The notes below the pieces were generated by a model that made no database searches, was not told the DNA's origin, and worked only from the letters and a program-made list of their open reading frames with translations. 64,000 nucleotides of DNA from Planctomycetota bacterium (GTDB lineage Bacteria; Planctomycetota; UBA1135; UBA2386): contig JALORC010000012.1 in the NCBI GenBank assembly GCA_025459175.1, forward strand, positions 23,978 through 87,977, given 5' to 3'. How positions within the stretch are numbered: the stretch's first letter is position 1; every line of letters starts with the position of its first letter. Shown here in pieces: positions 18,690 to 29,017 of this stretch. Made by a program: the position numbers and the translations under genes.

Positions 18690-19952
18690 GTGACCGATCC
18701 CGCCGCCGTTCCCGCCGCCACCACCCTCGGCGGCATTGCCGCGGCCGAACTGGCCGCGAGATACGGCACCCCACTCTACGTGTTCGACGCGGCGGTGCTG
18801 CGCGCCCGCGTCGCCATGGTGCAGGCGGCACTCGGTCCGCGCGTGCGGCTGCTGTGGTCGATCAAGGCGAACCCGTCGCTCGCCGTCACCACGGTGTTGC
18901 GGCACGCGGGCACCGCTGCCGAGCTCGCCTCGCTCGGCGAACTGCACCTGGCGCTGGCGGCCGGGCACCCCGCGACCGCGCTGCGCTTCGCTGGCCCCGG
19001 CAAGACCGACGCCGAGCTGACCGCGGCGCTGCGCGCCGGCGTCGGCTGCTTCCACGTCGAGTCGTTCGACGAGATCACCGCATTGGCGCGCCTCGCGACG
19101 GCGACCGCGGCACCGGCCCGGGTGGCGCTGCGGATCAACCTGCCGCAGCAACTCGGCGGCGCCCGCATGCGCATGGGCGGCCACGGCGCGCGTTTCGGCA
19201 TCGACGCCGCAGACGCCGTTGCGGCGGCGCGCGCAGTGCAGGCAGCGCCGTCGCTGCAGCTGTGTGGTCTGCACGTCTACGGCGGCACCCAGCTGTTCGA
19301 CGCCGGCGCGTTCGTGCGCCAGGCCGAGCAGCTGTGCGAACTGGCCACGGCCCTGGAGGCCGAGCTCGGCGCGGCGCTGCCCGAACTCGACCTCGGCGGC
19401 GGCTTCGGCGTGCCCGCCTATGAAGGCGACCCCGAGTTCGATCTCGCCGCCGCCGGGCGCGGCCTGCAGGCCGTGCTGCAGCGCTTCGACCGCCCCGACC
19501 GGATCTGGTTCGTCGAACTCGGCCGGTTCCTCGCCGCCCCCGCCGGCACCTATCTGACCCGCGTCGTGCGCACCCGGCACAGCGGCGGCACCGCCCATGC
19601 GATCGTCGACGGCGGCCTGCACCAGCACGCCGCCGCCGCCGGCGTCGGCACCGTGGTGCGGCGACCGCCGTTGCTCGAACGCACCGACGGCCGCCCCGGC
19701 ACCGCGGCCTGCACCATCGGCGGCCCGCTGTGCACCCCGGCCGACCAGTTCGCCGCCGATCTCCCGATCGGACCGCTCGCGATCGGCGATCTGTTGCAGA
19801 TCCGCAACAGCGGCGCCTACGGCCTCAGCTACAGCCCGCACGGCTTCCTGAGCCATGCGACCCCCGCCGAGGTGATGGTCGACGGCGGTGCGGCGCGCAT
19901 CGTGCGCGAGCGCGGCGACGCCGCCGCGGTGCTGGTCGGTCAACGGCCCTGA
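18690..19952 (+). CDS. Fold-type III PLP-dependent decarboxylase (diaminopimelate/ornithine decarboxylase family)
   Basis: TPLYVFD...SIKAN PLP-Lys region and a C-terminal beta-domain with GGPLCTPAD and NSGAYG. Confidence 0.7.
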   Translation: MTDPAAVPAATTLGGIAAAELAARYGTPLYVFDAAVLRARVAMVQAALGPRVRLLWSIKANPSLAVTTVLRHAGTAAELASLGELHLALAAGHPATALRFAGPGKTDAELTAALRAGVGCFHVESFDEITALARLATATAAPARVALRINLPQQLGGARMRMGGHGARFGIDAADAVAAARAVQAAPSLQLCGLHVYGGTQLFDAGAFVRQAEQLCELATALEAELGAALPELDLGGGFGVPAYEGDPEFDLAAAGRGLQAVLQRFDRPDRIWFVELGRFLAAPAGTYLTRVVRTRHSGGTAHAIVDGGLHQHAAAAGVGTVVRRPPLLERTDGRPGTAACTIGGPLCTPADQFAADLPIGPLAIGDLLQIRNSGAYGLSYSPHGFLSHATPAEVMVDGGAARIVRERGDAAAVLVGQRP

Positions 19953-20009
19953 GCGCCGCGGACGAAGCTGCGACACCCGGCGGAGCCGACGCGGCGATAT
20001 CCTGCGGCG

Positions 20010-22211
20010 ATGCGTTCCCGCTTGTTGCTGTCGCTGGTGGTGTCTTGGGTCTCGTCGTCTTCGATCACTTGCCAGGAGGGTGTGCCGGCACCGCAGGGCC
20101 TGGTGCCCGAGCAGATGTGGTTCGCCCCCACTGCCGCGGACTGGCAGAAGCCGGTGGCGATCCGCTGGCAGCGCACCTGGGACGACGCGGTGCGGCTGTC
20201 GCAGCAGACCAAGCGCCCGATCCTGGTCTGCGTCAACATGGACGGCGAGATCGCCAGCGAACACTACGCCGGCGTGCGCTACCGCGACCCGGAGCTGGCC
20301 AAGCTGTGGGAACCGTACGTGTGCGTGATCGCGTCGGTCTACCGCCACACCCCGCGCGACCACGACGACGAAGGTCGCCGCATCCCGTGCCCGCGGCTCG
20401 GCCATGTCACCTGCGGCGAACACATGGCGATGGAGCCGATCGTCTACGAGAAGTTCCTCGACGGCAAACGCATCTCGCCGCGCCACATCATGGTCGAGCT
20501 CGACGGCAGCGAGGTCTACGACGTGTTCTACACGTGGGACACGCAGTCGGTGTTCGACACGCTGCGCGACGGCATCAAGAACCGCAAGCTGCAGGCGCCG
20601 CCGATCGTCAAGGGCGATCGTTCGATCCGCGAGCAGCTGCAGAGTCCCGACAGCGCCGATCGCGAGGCGATCGAGAGCATGTTCCGGGCCGCCACGCCGG
20701 AGCAGCGGCAGGAGCTGATGGCGCTGGCGCTCGCCGAGGGTGAGCGAGCGCCGATCGAGCTGCTGCGGCAGGCGGCGTGGAGCCTCGATCCCGAACTCGT
20801 CAAGCAGGCCCGCGCCGGCATGCTGCAGGCCGCCGATCCCGGCACCGTCGAGCTGATCGCCGACACGCTGAAGGCGCCGCTGCTGGCCGAGGAACGCAAG
20901 GCGTTGGCGCAGTCGCTGCGTCGCTTCGCCGGCAGTTCGGTGCGGGCGCAGAGTCTCGCCGCCGCGCACAGCGGCCTCGCCGGCGGCAGTTCGGCGATCG
21001 ATGCGAACAGCTGGAGCCAGGTGCTGGCCGGGCAGAGCTACGCGAGTGCCGCCGGCGCCGATCCGGCCGCCGCCGCCACCGCGCGCGACGAGGCGCTGCG
21101 CGACAAGCCGATGGACGCGACCGCGCGCCTCGACGTCGCCGAGTCGAACCTGCTGCAGGCGTTCGAGGTCACCGCCGGTGCCGGCCGCGGCAGCGTTCGC
21201 CTCGCCGCGCGGCAGCGCGAACTGCTGCTCGCCGATGCCAGCCGCCATCTCGACGCCGCCGCGGCGGCCGGTGCGGCCGGCTGGCGCCCGCTGGCGCTGC
21301 AGGCGCTTCTGCACTGCGAGCGGCAGCAGATGCCGAAGGCCTACGAGCTGGCGATCCAGGCCGCACCGTTGCTGCCGCCCGACGCGCCGGGCCGCGTGGC
21401 GATGGAGGTGCTGGCGCTGTTCGCCGCCGCCCGCCAGGAAGCCATCGTCGCCGCGGTGCGCAGCAAGCAGGAGTGGGACCCTGCGTGGATGACCGACATC
21501 CACACGACCTACAGCCTGCTGCGCCAGCACCCGCTCGGCACCGACCGGCAGGTCGCGATGCACTTCGACTTCCTGCAGTTCTTCGGCGCGCCGGACCTCG
21601 ACCAGCTGCTGCAAGCGGGGCTCGAGCGCTTCCCGGCCTCGGCGCTGCTGCACGAACGGTGGCGCCAGCGGCTGCTCGAGCAGCGCGGTCCGGATGGCCT
21701 CGAAGCCGCCTACGCCGAGCGCCTCGCCGCGACCTCGGCGACACCGGCCGAGGCGTGGTTCGCCGGCTATGCGAGCCTGTGCGCCGCCGAGGCGCATCGC
21801 CGCACCTCGCAGCCGGACGCGGCCGCGGCGGCCTACCAACGCGGCATCGGCCATTTCGAACGCTATGCCGCGGCCAGCGGCAACAGCGACGGTGCGCACT
21901 ACGTGGCGATGGCACACGGCGGTCTGGCGCGGCTCCGGCTGCAGCAGGACGACCTGCCCGGCACGTTCGCCGCGCTGCAGCGCGTGTTCGCGATCGCGCC
22001 GGCGGCCGCCGCCGCCACCGACGGTCTCGGCATCACCGCGATGCAGACCGCCGAGATGCTGCGCGGCAAGGCCCTCGACCGGAAGGACGAGGCGCTGCTG
22101 GCGCAACTGCAGGCGGCGCTGCAAGAGCTGCCGCCGGAGGCGTTCGAACTGCCCGAGTACGAGCGGGCGTCGCGCGGTCAGGGCAACGGCGGCGCTCGCC
22201 GCCGCCGCTGA
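20010..22211 (+). CDS. Secreted thioredoxin-fold (Thioredoxin_7-like, no CxxC) domain protein with a long alpha-helical repeat region
   Basis: Signal peptide. KRPILVCVNMDGE...YVCVIASV resembles a DUF255/Thioredoxin_7 fold lacking the redox Cys pair, followed by about 500 aa of Ala/Leu-rich helices. Confidence 0.4.
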   Translation: MRSRLLLSLVVSWVSSSSITCQEGVPAPQGLVPEQMWFAPTAADWQKPVAIRWQRTWDDAVRLSQQTKRPILVCVNMDGEIASEHYAGVRYRDPELAKLWEPYVCVIASVYRHTPRDHDDEGRRIPCPRLGHVTCGEHMAMEPIVYEKFLDGKRISPRHIMVELDGSEVYDVFYTWDTQSVFDTLRDGIKNRKLQAPPIVKGDRSIREQLQSPDSADREAIESMFRAATPEQRQELMALALAEGERAPIELLRQAAWSLDPELVKQARAGMLQAADPGTVELIADTLKAPLLAEERKALAQSLRRFAGSSVRAQSLAAAHSGLAGGSSAIDANSWSQVLAGQSYASAAGADPAAAATARDEALRDKPMDATARLDVAESNLLQAFEVTAGAGRGSVRLAARQRELLLADASRHLDAAAAAGAAGWRPLALQALLHCERQQMPKAYELAIQAAPLLPPDAPGRVAMEVLALFAAARQEAIVAAVRSKQEWDPAWMTDIHTTYSLLRQHPLGTDRQVAMHFDFLQFFGAPDLDQLLQAGLERFPASALLHERWRQRLLEQRGPDGLEAAYAERLAATSATPAEAWFAGYASLCAAEAHRRTSQPDAAAAAYQRGIGHFERYAAASGNSDGAHYVAMAHGGLARLRLQQDDLPGTFAALQRVFAIAPAAAAATDGLGITAMQTAEMLRGKALDRKDEALLAQLQAALQELPPEAFELPEYERASRGQGNGGARRRR

Positions 22212-22241
22212 ACCGGCCGCTCGCGCCCGCTCGCCGGCGCC

Positions 22242-24095
22242 TCAGTCCGGGCTGATGTACGAGCGGATGCCGTTGCTGGTCACCAGCCCGAAGCCGTTCT
22301 GGCCGTTCGGCAGGCTGAACGGCACCACCAGCGCACACGACTGCGCGAACAGCTCGAAGCCGGTCGGCACGCCGGCCGGAATGTCGAACGTGACCGCCAA
22401 CATAGGCGAGCCGCCGACCAGGGTCTGCGTGAGGTTGAGCGCCAGCACGTGCGCACGGCAGCCGGGCGCGCCGAGGAAGCTGAGTTCGACACCCGGCACC
22501 GGCACGCCGGCGAGGCTGAGGATGTTGGCGCCGAGGTAGATGCCGCTGCCGGGCGCGGCTTCCGGGATGTTGGTGGTCGTGTAGGTCACCGTGGTGCCCG
22601 AGCTCGCGGTCGACCGCGGCGCCGGCGTGGCCGACAGCTGCAGCGCCTGCCGATCGGGCGAGGTCGTGCGCGGCAGTGCCGTGGCCAGCACGATCGAGCC
22701 CGGATCCGCCGAGGCGCCGCCCGGCGAGAAGCCGATCACGTGGCCCGAACCGAACTGGCTGGTGGTGTTGTCGTCGATGTCGACCCAGACCAACCGGACC
22801 TGGCCGGAGCCGAGGTTCAGCTGGAACTGCAGCGTGCTCGGATTCGCGATCGGCGCGGGCGGGAAGTTCTCGACGCCGTCCCAGGTGATGCAGGCGACGG
22901 TGTCGGCACCGACCAGCACTTCCTCGTACTTCACCCGACCGCTGCCGACCTCGGTCGGGTTGTAGTCGTGCCAGGACCAGAACGCGGTGCGGCCGGCGGC
23001 GAGCAGGGCCGCTGGCGTCGGCGTGTAGGGATTGGTGCCAGGGAAGTTCTGCGGCACCGGCCCCAGCGACACGATGCCATTCGCGTGCACCCGGAGGTCG
23101 GTGGCGGCACCGAACGGCGACGGCAGCGGCTGCGACGGCGTGACGGTCGTGTCGCCGTCATCGGCGATCACCAACGTCGTGGCGGCGCCGGTCGGCGCGA
23201 TGTAGCTGCCACCACCCCAGACCGCGGTGTAGCCGTTCGTGGTCGGCGTCAGCACCATCGACTGGCCGGTCAACGCCGCGGCCGCTGGCACGGCGGTCGC
23301 GAAGCCCTGATAGAACGACTCGACCGCCATGTCATAGCAGCCCTGGCCGTAGCTGGTGTGCGACGCCGGCAGCGAGCTCAGCACGTCGAAGCCACCACCG
23401 CCGTTCGGCGTGAAGCGCAGGCAGCGCAGCGCGAGATCGAAGGCACCGCCCGGGAACCGCTCGAACATCAGCTGCGTGGAGCCGCTGGTGTTGGCCTGCG
23501 AGAAATCGACCCCGGGCACCGCCGCGATGCCGTTGCCGGCCGAGACCCCGAGGATCACCGGGGCCACTGAATCGGTCGTCGGGCCGTAGGCGAACGACAC
23601 CTCGCCGGTGGCGAACAGTTGCGCCTGGATCGTGAACAGCGGCCCAGGGGTCTGGAACTGGATCGCGTTCTGCCAGGTGACGACGAATTTGCCGGGCAGC
23701 GTGTTGTTGATCCAGACGGCGCCATTGTTCGCCGCATCGAGCACCAGATCGCGCCAGAACGGAGCGATGCGCGGCGGCTGGCCGGAGTTGCCACGCAAGT
23801 TGGTGAGCTGGGCCGCGGCGTTGGTCGAGAAGCCGGTCGTGGTGGCGCCCGACAGCGCGCCATTGGTCAGGAACACCACGCCGTTGGTCTGCACGTGTGC
23901 GTGGGTGTAGCTGGCGGCGACCCCACCGATCGGAAAGGCGAAGTTCAACGGCTGCAGGTCGAACAGCTCGTCGTCACCGACGCCCGGTGCGTTGGCGCCG
24001 CGCGGGGCCAACACGCCGAGGTTGGTTTCGAAACACTGGGCCGACAATGCGGGCACCAGCAAGACTGGCAACAAAACGGAGGCGAGAGACTTCAT
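22242..24095 (-). CDS. Secreted protein with NIDO-like motifs and the shared C-terminal module (paralog of the 43911-45638 protein)
   Basis: Signal MKSLASVLLPVLLVPALSAQ. ETNLG...GDD, QTNGVVFL and PRIAPFWRDL motifs. C-terminus LFAQ...GLVTSNGIRSYISPD. Confidence 0.55.
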   Translation of the reverse strand: MKSLASVLLPVLLVPALSAQCFETNLGVLAPRGANAPGVGDDELFDLQPLNFAFPIGGVAASYTHAHVQTNGVVFLTNGALSGATTTGFSTNAAAQLTNLRGNSGQPPRIAPFWRDLVLDAANNGAVWINNTLPGKFVVTWQNAIQFQTPGPLFTIQAQLFATGEVSFAYGPTTDSVAPVILGVSAGNGIAAVPGVDFSQANTSGSTQLMFERFPGGAFDLALRCLRFTPNGGGGFDVLSSLPASHTSYGQGCYDMAVESFYQGFATAVPAAAALTGQSMVLTPTTNGYTAVWGGGSYIAPTGAATTLVIADDGDTTVTPSQPLPSPFGAATDLRVHANGIVSLGPVPQNFPGTNPYTPTPAALLAAGRTAFWSWHDYNPTEVGSGRVKYEEVLVGADTVACITWDGVENFPPAPIANPSTLQFQLNLGSGQVRLVWVDIDDNTTSQFGSGHVIGFSPGGASADPGSIVLATALPRTTSPDRQALQLSATPAPRSTASSGTTVTYTTTNIPEAAPGSGIYLGANILSLAGVPVPGVELSFLGAPGCRAHVLALNLTQTLVGGSPMLAVTFDIPAGVPTGFELFAQSCALVVPFSLPNGQNGFGLVTSNGIRSYISPD

Positions 24096-24182
24096 GTTCT
24101 TCTTCCCGAATGGTGGACTGGTGACAGGGCCGCAGCAGCATTCCTCATCCCGCTGCGCGCCGGCACGCTACCAACCCGACCG

Positions 24183-24992
24183 TCAAGCGTCGATCAGCAT
24201 CGCGTGAAGATCTCGCGCGGCTCGCCATTCCCCGACCAGCGCGGCGTCGCGCGGGCGTTCCGGATCCTGGCACTCGACCGGCAGCAGGAGCGCGGCATCG
24301 AGGCCGTGCGCCGCGGCGAACCGCTGGCCGAACTGGAACCGCGACACTCGCTCCGGTCCCGGCAGGTGCAGCAACGGCGGCCCGTCCGGCTGCACGACCT
24401 CGGCCACCAGCGCGGCGGCGGCGTCGGCGGCGTGCAACGGGGTGCGGTACTCATTGGTGAACAGCATCACCGGGCCGCTCCGGAGCGCGGCGCGCAGCTG
24501 CGCCGAAGCGCCACGGCCACTCGGATCGGGCCCGAACAACAGCGGCAGCCTCGCCACGCGACCGCCGTGGCAACGCACCCGCTCCTCACCGTCCGCCTTG
24601 GTGGCGCCATAGACCGACAGTGGCGCCACCGGGTCGGTCGGACCGTACGGCGCGCGATTCCCGTCGAACACGAGATCGGTCGAGACCATCAGCAGCCGCG
24701 CACCGAACCGTTCGGCCAGCTGTTCGGGCAACCACGCGTTGACGCGCGCCGCCAGGTCTGGCTGCCGCGCACAGTCGGTGAGTCTGGCCATCGCGGCGAG
24801 GTGCAGGACCAGGTCGGGGCGCAGCGCCTCGGCGACCGCGGCCACCATGCCCGGCGCGGTCAGGTCGACCTGGATGTCGCCGGCCCTGCGTGACGTCGCG
24901 AGCGGCGTGTGCCCGGCGGCGCGCACCGCGGCGAGAACATGACCGCCGAGGAACCCGGCGGTGCCGGTGACGAGGATGCGCAGCGGAGCCAT
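24183..24992 (-). CDS. NAD(P)-dependent epimerase/reductase (RmlD/dTDP-4-dehydrorhamnose-reductase-like SDR)
   Basis: ILVTGTAGFLG Rossmann motif and SVYGATK (YxxxK). Confidence 0.65.
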   Translation of the reverse strand: MAPLRILVTGTAGFLGGHVLAAVRAAGHTPLATSRRAGDIQVDLTAPGMVAAVAEALRPDLVLHLAAMARLTDCARQPDLAARVNAWLPEQLAERFGARLLMVSTDLVFDGNRAPYGPTDPVAPLSVYGATKADGEERVRCHGGRVARLPLLFGPDPSGRGASAQLRAALRSGPVMLFTNEYRTPLHAADAAAALVAEVVQPDGPPLLHLPGPERVSRFQFGQRFAAAHGLDAALLLPVECQDPERPRDAALVGEWRAARDLHAMLIDA

Positions 24993-25006
24993 GCGACCGC
25001 GTATGG

Positions 25007-25921
25007 TTGCGCCGACCCCCCGTGAACGGAAGCACCAGCCCGCGTCGCTTGTTGCTGATCGCCAACCCGATCTCCGGCGGTGGCCGTGGCCGCCTGCTGG
25101 CGCCGCAGCTGGCTGCGGCGCTGCGCGCCCGCGGCGCCGAGGCCGAGGTGCATCTGACCACCAGCGCCGGCGATGCGACCGCGCGCGCCGCCGCCGCCGG
25201 TGCCGAACCGTGGCACGCGCTGGTCGCGATCGGCGGCGACGGCACCGTCAACGAAGTGTTGAACGGCATGCCCGATCCGACCCGCCCGCTCGGCGTGTTG
25301 CCGGTCGGCACCGCCAACGTGCTGGCGCTGGAGCTGGGCCTGCCGCGGCGGGTCGAGGCCGCCGCCGCGGTGCTGGCCGCCGGCCACACCCGCGCGCTGG
25401 CGATCGGTCGCGCCGGCGACCGGCGCTTCCTGCTGTTCTGCGGTCACGGCGTCGACGGCGCCGTCGTCGCGCGCCTGAGCGAGGTGCGCTCCGGCACGCT
25501 CGGCAAGCACAAGTGGCTCGGTCCGATCTGGCACACGCTGCGGCACTGGCCGGACTTCCACCTGCGCGCCACGCTGGCGTCCGGCGAGGTGCTCGACGGG
25601 CTCAGCTCGGTGCTGGTGACGCGGGTGCGCAACTATGGCGGGGTCGTGCAGCTGCCGGCCGACGTCGATTGCGACAGCGGCCTGCTGCACGTGCTGGCGT
25701 TCCGCCAGCGCTCCCGCTCGGCGTGGCTGTGGCAGGGCCTGCGCGGCCTGTGCCGACGCATGCGCGCCGGCCCGGGGCTCGAGCTGCGCCGCACCACGTC
25801 GCTGCGCATCGACGGCGACGCGCCGTTCCAGATCGACGGCGACCACGGCGGCCGCGGTCCGGTCGCGATCGACCTGCTGCCGGTCCACGCGCGCTTGCTC
25901 TGCCCCCGGCCGCGGCCCTGA
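25007..25921 (+). CDS. Diacylglycerol-kinase-catalytic-domain lipid kinase (YegS/LCB5 family)
   Basis: LLLIANPISGGG and GGDGT motifs. Confidence 0.75.
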   Translation: MRRPPVNGSTSPRRLLLIANPISGGGRGRLLAPQLAAALRARGAEAEVHLTTSAGDATARAAAAGAEPWHALVAIGGDGTVNEVLNGMPDPTRPLGVLPVGTANVLALELGLPRRVEAAAAVLAAGHTRALAIGRAGDRRFLLFCGHGVDGAVVARLSEVRSGTLGKHKWLGPIWHTLRHWPDFHLRATLASGEVLDGLSSVLVTRVRNYGGVVQLPADVDCDSGLLHVLAFRQRSRSAWLWQGLRGLCRRMRAGPGLELRRTTSLRIDGDAPFQIDGDHGGRGPVAIDLLPVHARLLCPRPRP

Positions 25922-25974
25922 ATCCTGCAGCCCGGCGTCGGCCCGGCGTCCGCGATGCAGTAGCATCGACCGCC

Positions 25975-26814
25975 ATGAGCGATGCTGCGGCAGTGCGTGC
26001 GGTCAACGTCGGCAAGGTCCGTTTCGGCGCGGGCCTGCCGTTCGCGCTGATCGCCGGCCCGTGTGTGATCGAGAGCCGCGACCACTGCCTGCGCCACGCC
26101 GAGGCGCTGCAGCGGATCACCACCGAGCTGGCGGTGCCGCTGGTGTTCAAGTGCAGCTTCGACAAGGCCAACCGCACCTCCGGTCAGGCGTTCCGCGGCC
26201 CCGGCCTCGACGAGGGCCTCGCCATCCTCGCCACCGTGAAGCGCGAGCTCGGCCTGCCGGTGCTGACCGACGTGCACGAACGCGAACAGTGTGCGGCGGT
26301 CGGCGAGGTCGTCGACTGCCTGCAGATCCCGGCGTTCCTGTCGCGGCAGACCGACCTGCTGCTCGCGGCGGCGGCGACCGGCCGCGCGGTCAACATCAAG
26401 AAGGGCCAGTTCATGGCCCCCGAGGACACCGGCAACGTGCTCGGCAAGGTGCTCGCGAGCGGCAACCCGAACGTGATGATCACCGAGCGCGGCGTGTCGT
26501 TCGGCTACCGCACGCTGGTGGTCGACTTCACCGGCTTCCCGACCATGCGCCAGCATGGCCAACCGCTGGTGTTCGACGCCACCCACGCCGTGCAGCGGCC
26601 GGGCGGGGCCGGCACCGCGACCGGCGGCGACCGCAGCAAGGTGCCCTACCTCGCCCGCGCCGCGGTCGCCTGCGGCGTCGACGGGCTGTTCCTCGAGGTG
26701 CACGAGAACCCCGACCAGGCGCCGAGCGACGGGCCGAACATGCTGCGGCTCGCGGACCTGCCGGGCCTGCTGCGGCAGCTGCTGGCGATCCAGCGGGCGC
26801 TGGCGAGCGCGTGA
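25975..26814 (+). CDS. kdsA: 3-deoxy-8-phosphooctulonate synthase (KDO-8-P synthase)
   Basis: Full-length similarity pattern (LIAGPCVIES, KCSFDKANRTS, FLEVHENPD), 280 aa. Confidence 0.9.
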   Translation: MSDAAAVRAVNVGKVRFGAGLPFALIAGPCVIESRDHCLRHAEALQRITTELAVPLVFKCSFDKANRTSGQAFRGPGLDEGLAILATVKRELGLPVLTDVHEREQCAAVGEVVDCLQIPAFLSRQTDLLLAAAATGRAVNIKKGQFMAPEDTGNVLGKVLASGNPNVMITERGVSFGYRTLVVDFTGFPTMRQHGQPLVFDATHAVQRPGGAGTATGGDRSKVPYLARAAVACGVDGLFLEVHENPDQAPSDGPNMLRLADLPGLLRQLLAIQRALASA

Positions 26815-28730
26815 ACGGGGCGGCCGACAGCGCGCCAGCCAGCGGCGACGAGCCGGACTTCGGCCTGCGGCGCGACTTCTACACCTTCGCGCCGGAGACG
26901 CTGGCCCAGGACCTGCCCGAGTTCGAACTCGGCCGCGAGGTCGGCAAGGGCTCGATGGGCATCGTGTTCGAAGCGCGCGTGCTGGCCACCGGCCAGCGCA
27001 TCGCGCTGAAGGTGCTGCCGCCGAGCCTGACCCTGACCGAGCGCGCGCTGGCGCGGTTCCTGCGCGAGGGTCGGATCATGGCCCGCGTGCGCCATCCCGA
27101 CATCGTCGGCTTCGTCGACCAGGGCAGCCGCGGCCGTCTGCACTGGTTCGCGATGGACTTCGTCGACGGCGTGACGCTCGAGGAACGACTGCGGGTCGGC
27201 CCGCTGCCGGTGCAGAAGGCCTGCGCGATCGCCGCCAAGGTCGGCCGCGCGCTGCAGTTCGCCCACGACCACGGCGTCGTGCACCGCGACATCAAGCCGG
27301 GCAACATCATGCTGCGCGACACCGCCGACCCCGGCGGCGAGCCGCGGATCGCCATCACCGACTTCGGCCTCGCCCGCGAGACCGGCACCGGTTCGATGAC
27401 CGACAGCGGCGCGATCGTCGGCACGCCGATGTTCATGGCGCCCGAGGTCGTGCTCGGCGGCACCGGCGAAGCGGGCACGCTGGCCGACGTCTATTCGCTC
27501 GGCGCCTCGCTGTATGCGCTGGTCACCGGCACGCCGCCGTTCGACGGCCCCACCGCGCAGAGCGTGCTGAAGGCCGTGCTGGCGCAGGACCCGATGTCGC
27601 CGCGGCGGCGGCGCGCCGACCTGCCGGAGGCAGTGGAAGCCATCATCGGCAAGGCGATGGCCCGCGACCCGGCGCGGCGCTACGGCTCGGCCCTCGAATT
27701 GGCCGAGGACCTCGAACGCTTCCTGCGCGGCGAGCGCGTGCTGGCGCGGCGACCCGGCGTGCTGCAGCGCGGCCTGCGCTGGTGCGCGCAACGGCCGCTG
27801 ATCACCGCGCTGATGGCAGCGGTGCTGCTGCTCCTGATCGGCTCGCTGCTGCTGGTGCAGGAGCGGCACCGCACCAACATCGAACGCGACCTGGCCCAGG
27901 CCGAACGCCTGCTGGCGCTGGCGTCGACCGAGCGCAACGACCAGGACCGGCCGCGCTCCGCGACCGAACGACGCGACCTGTTGCTGGCGGCCGTGGCGGC
28001 GGCGTCGGCGATGATCGCGCGCGATGACGGCCAGACCCAGGCCTGGTTCGTGCGCGCCCGCGCCCACCACCGGCTGCAGCAGTATGCCGCCGCGATCTTC
28101 GACCTCGACATGGCCGAGCGGCTGCACGGCGCCCCGATCGCCGAGCTGCTGCACTTCCGCATCGACGCGCTGCGCCACCAGCCGGACGCCGACGCGCGGC
28201 GCCGCCTGCAGGTGGACCTGACCACGCTGCTCGAGCTCGACCCGTCGCCGCACACCAGGGCCCTGGTCGCCGAGCACCTGCTCGACTACGCCGCCGGTCA
28301 GACCGGCAACACCCGCGCCGACGCCGTGGCCCGCGTGCAGGAGATGCTCGGCCAGGTCCGCGACGACGACCCGCGCGCCGCGGTGGCCCGCGCGCGCGCC
28401 CTCGAGCTCTCGGGCGCGACCGAACAGGCGCTCACCGCGATCCGAAGCGCCTGCACCCGCCACGACGGCAATCCGTCGGTGCACCTGCAGGCCGCCGCGA
28501 TGTTCGACCGCCACGGCCTGTACGACGAAGGCGCCCGCGAACACGAACTGGCGCGGCGTCTGCAGCCCGAGGGCGCCGCCCCGCCGGTGCCGCCGCCGGT
28601 CGATGTCGATGGCTTCGGCAAGTTCCTCGGCGACGTCGACCGGGTGCTGCGGACCCTCGATGGCCGGGGCGAACCCCAGCCCGTGCTCGCGCCGCCGCTG
28701 CCGACCGAGCCGGAACCGAAGCGGCGCTGA
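26811..28730 (+). CDS. Membrane Ser/Thr protein kinase with a periplasmic helical-repeat (TPR-like) C-terminal domain
   Basis: GTG overlaps the kdsA stop (GTGA). GKGSMGIV, ALKVL, HRDIKPGNIML, DFGLA and APE motifs. A TM helix (LITALMAAVLLLLIGSLLLV) is followed by helical repeats. Confidence 0.8.
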   Translation: MNGAADSAPASGDEPDFGLRRDFYTFAPETLAQDLPEFELGREVGKGSMGIVFEARVLATGQRIALKVLPPSLTLTERALARFLREGRIMARVRHPDIVGFVDQGSRGRLHWFAMDFVDGVTLEERLRVGPLPVQKACAIAAKVGRALQFAHDHGVVHRDIKPGNIMLRDTADPGGEPRIAITDFGLARETGTGSMTDSGAIVGTPMFMAPEVVLGGTGEAGTLADVYSLGASLYALVTGTPPFDGPTAQSVLKAVLAQDPMSPRRRRADLPEAVEAIIGKAMARDPARRYGSALELAEDLERFLRGERVLARRPGVLQRGLRWCAQRPLITALMAAVLLLLIGSLLLVQERHRTNIERDLAQAERLLALASTERNDQDRPRSATERRDLLLAAVAAASAMIARDDGQTQAWFVRARAHHRLQQYAAAIFDLDMAERLHGAPIAELLHFRIDALRHQPDADARRRLQVDLTTLLELDPSPHTRALVAEHLLDYAAGQTGNTRADAVARVQEMLGQVRDDDPRAAVARARALELSGATEQALTAIRSACTRHDGNPSVHLQAAAMFDRHGLYDEGAREHELARRLQPEGAAPPVPPPVDVDGFGKFLGDVDRVLRTLDGRGEPQPVLAPPLPTEPEPKRR

Positions 28731-29017
28731 CGGCCCGCCCCGCAATCTTCATGCGGAGTTCGCCGCGGGCTCGCGAGCGCCTGCAAGCTGGTCCCCCGAT
28801 GGCAATCACCACCCCACCCGAGTTCTGGCCCCTGTTCGTCAGTGGCGTGCTGCTGCTCACGGCCTCGGCCCAGCGGTGGCGGCGCCCGCAGAAGCCGTTG
28901 CCGCCGGCCTGACGGCCCGGCCCCCAGGTCCCGCACCGGGAACCCGAGCCGTTGCCTCCGGCCGGTGGGTTACTATTCGCTGCGCAGCAGCCCAGCGTTG
29001 CGCGACCCCTGCCCCCT

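Noticed and set aside
17712-22124. 1,470-aa minus-strand ORF spanning cdd, the decarboxylase and the thioredoxin-like gene
   Set aside because: Arg/Gly/Ala-rich nonsense typical of an antisense frame in 70% GC DNA. Only its last 138 aa (cdd) carry real motifs. The plus-strand genes under it have clear domains.
28731-29017. Possible small ORF (MAITTPPEFWPLFVSGVLLLTASAQRW…) in the 287-bp gap after the kinase
   Set aside because: Short, with no motif and no obvious RBS. It cannot be separated from chance in this GC context.
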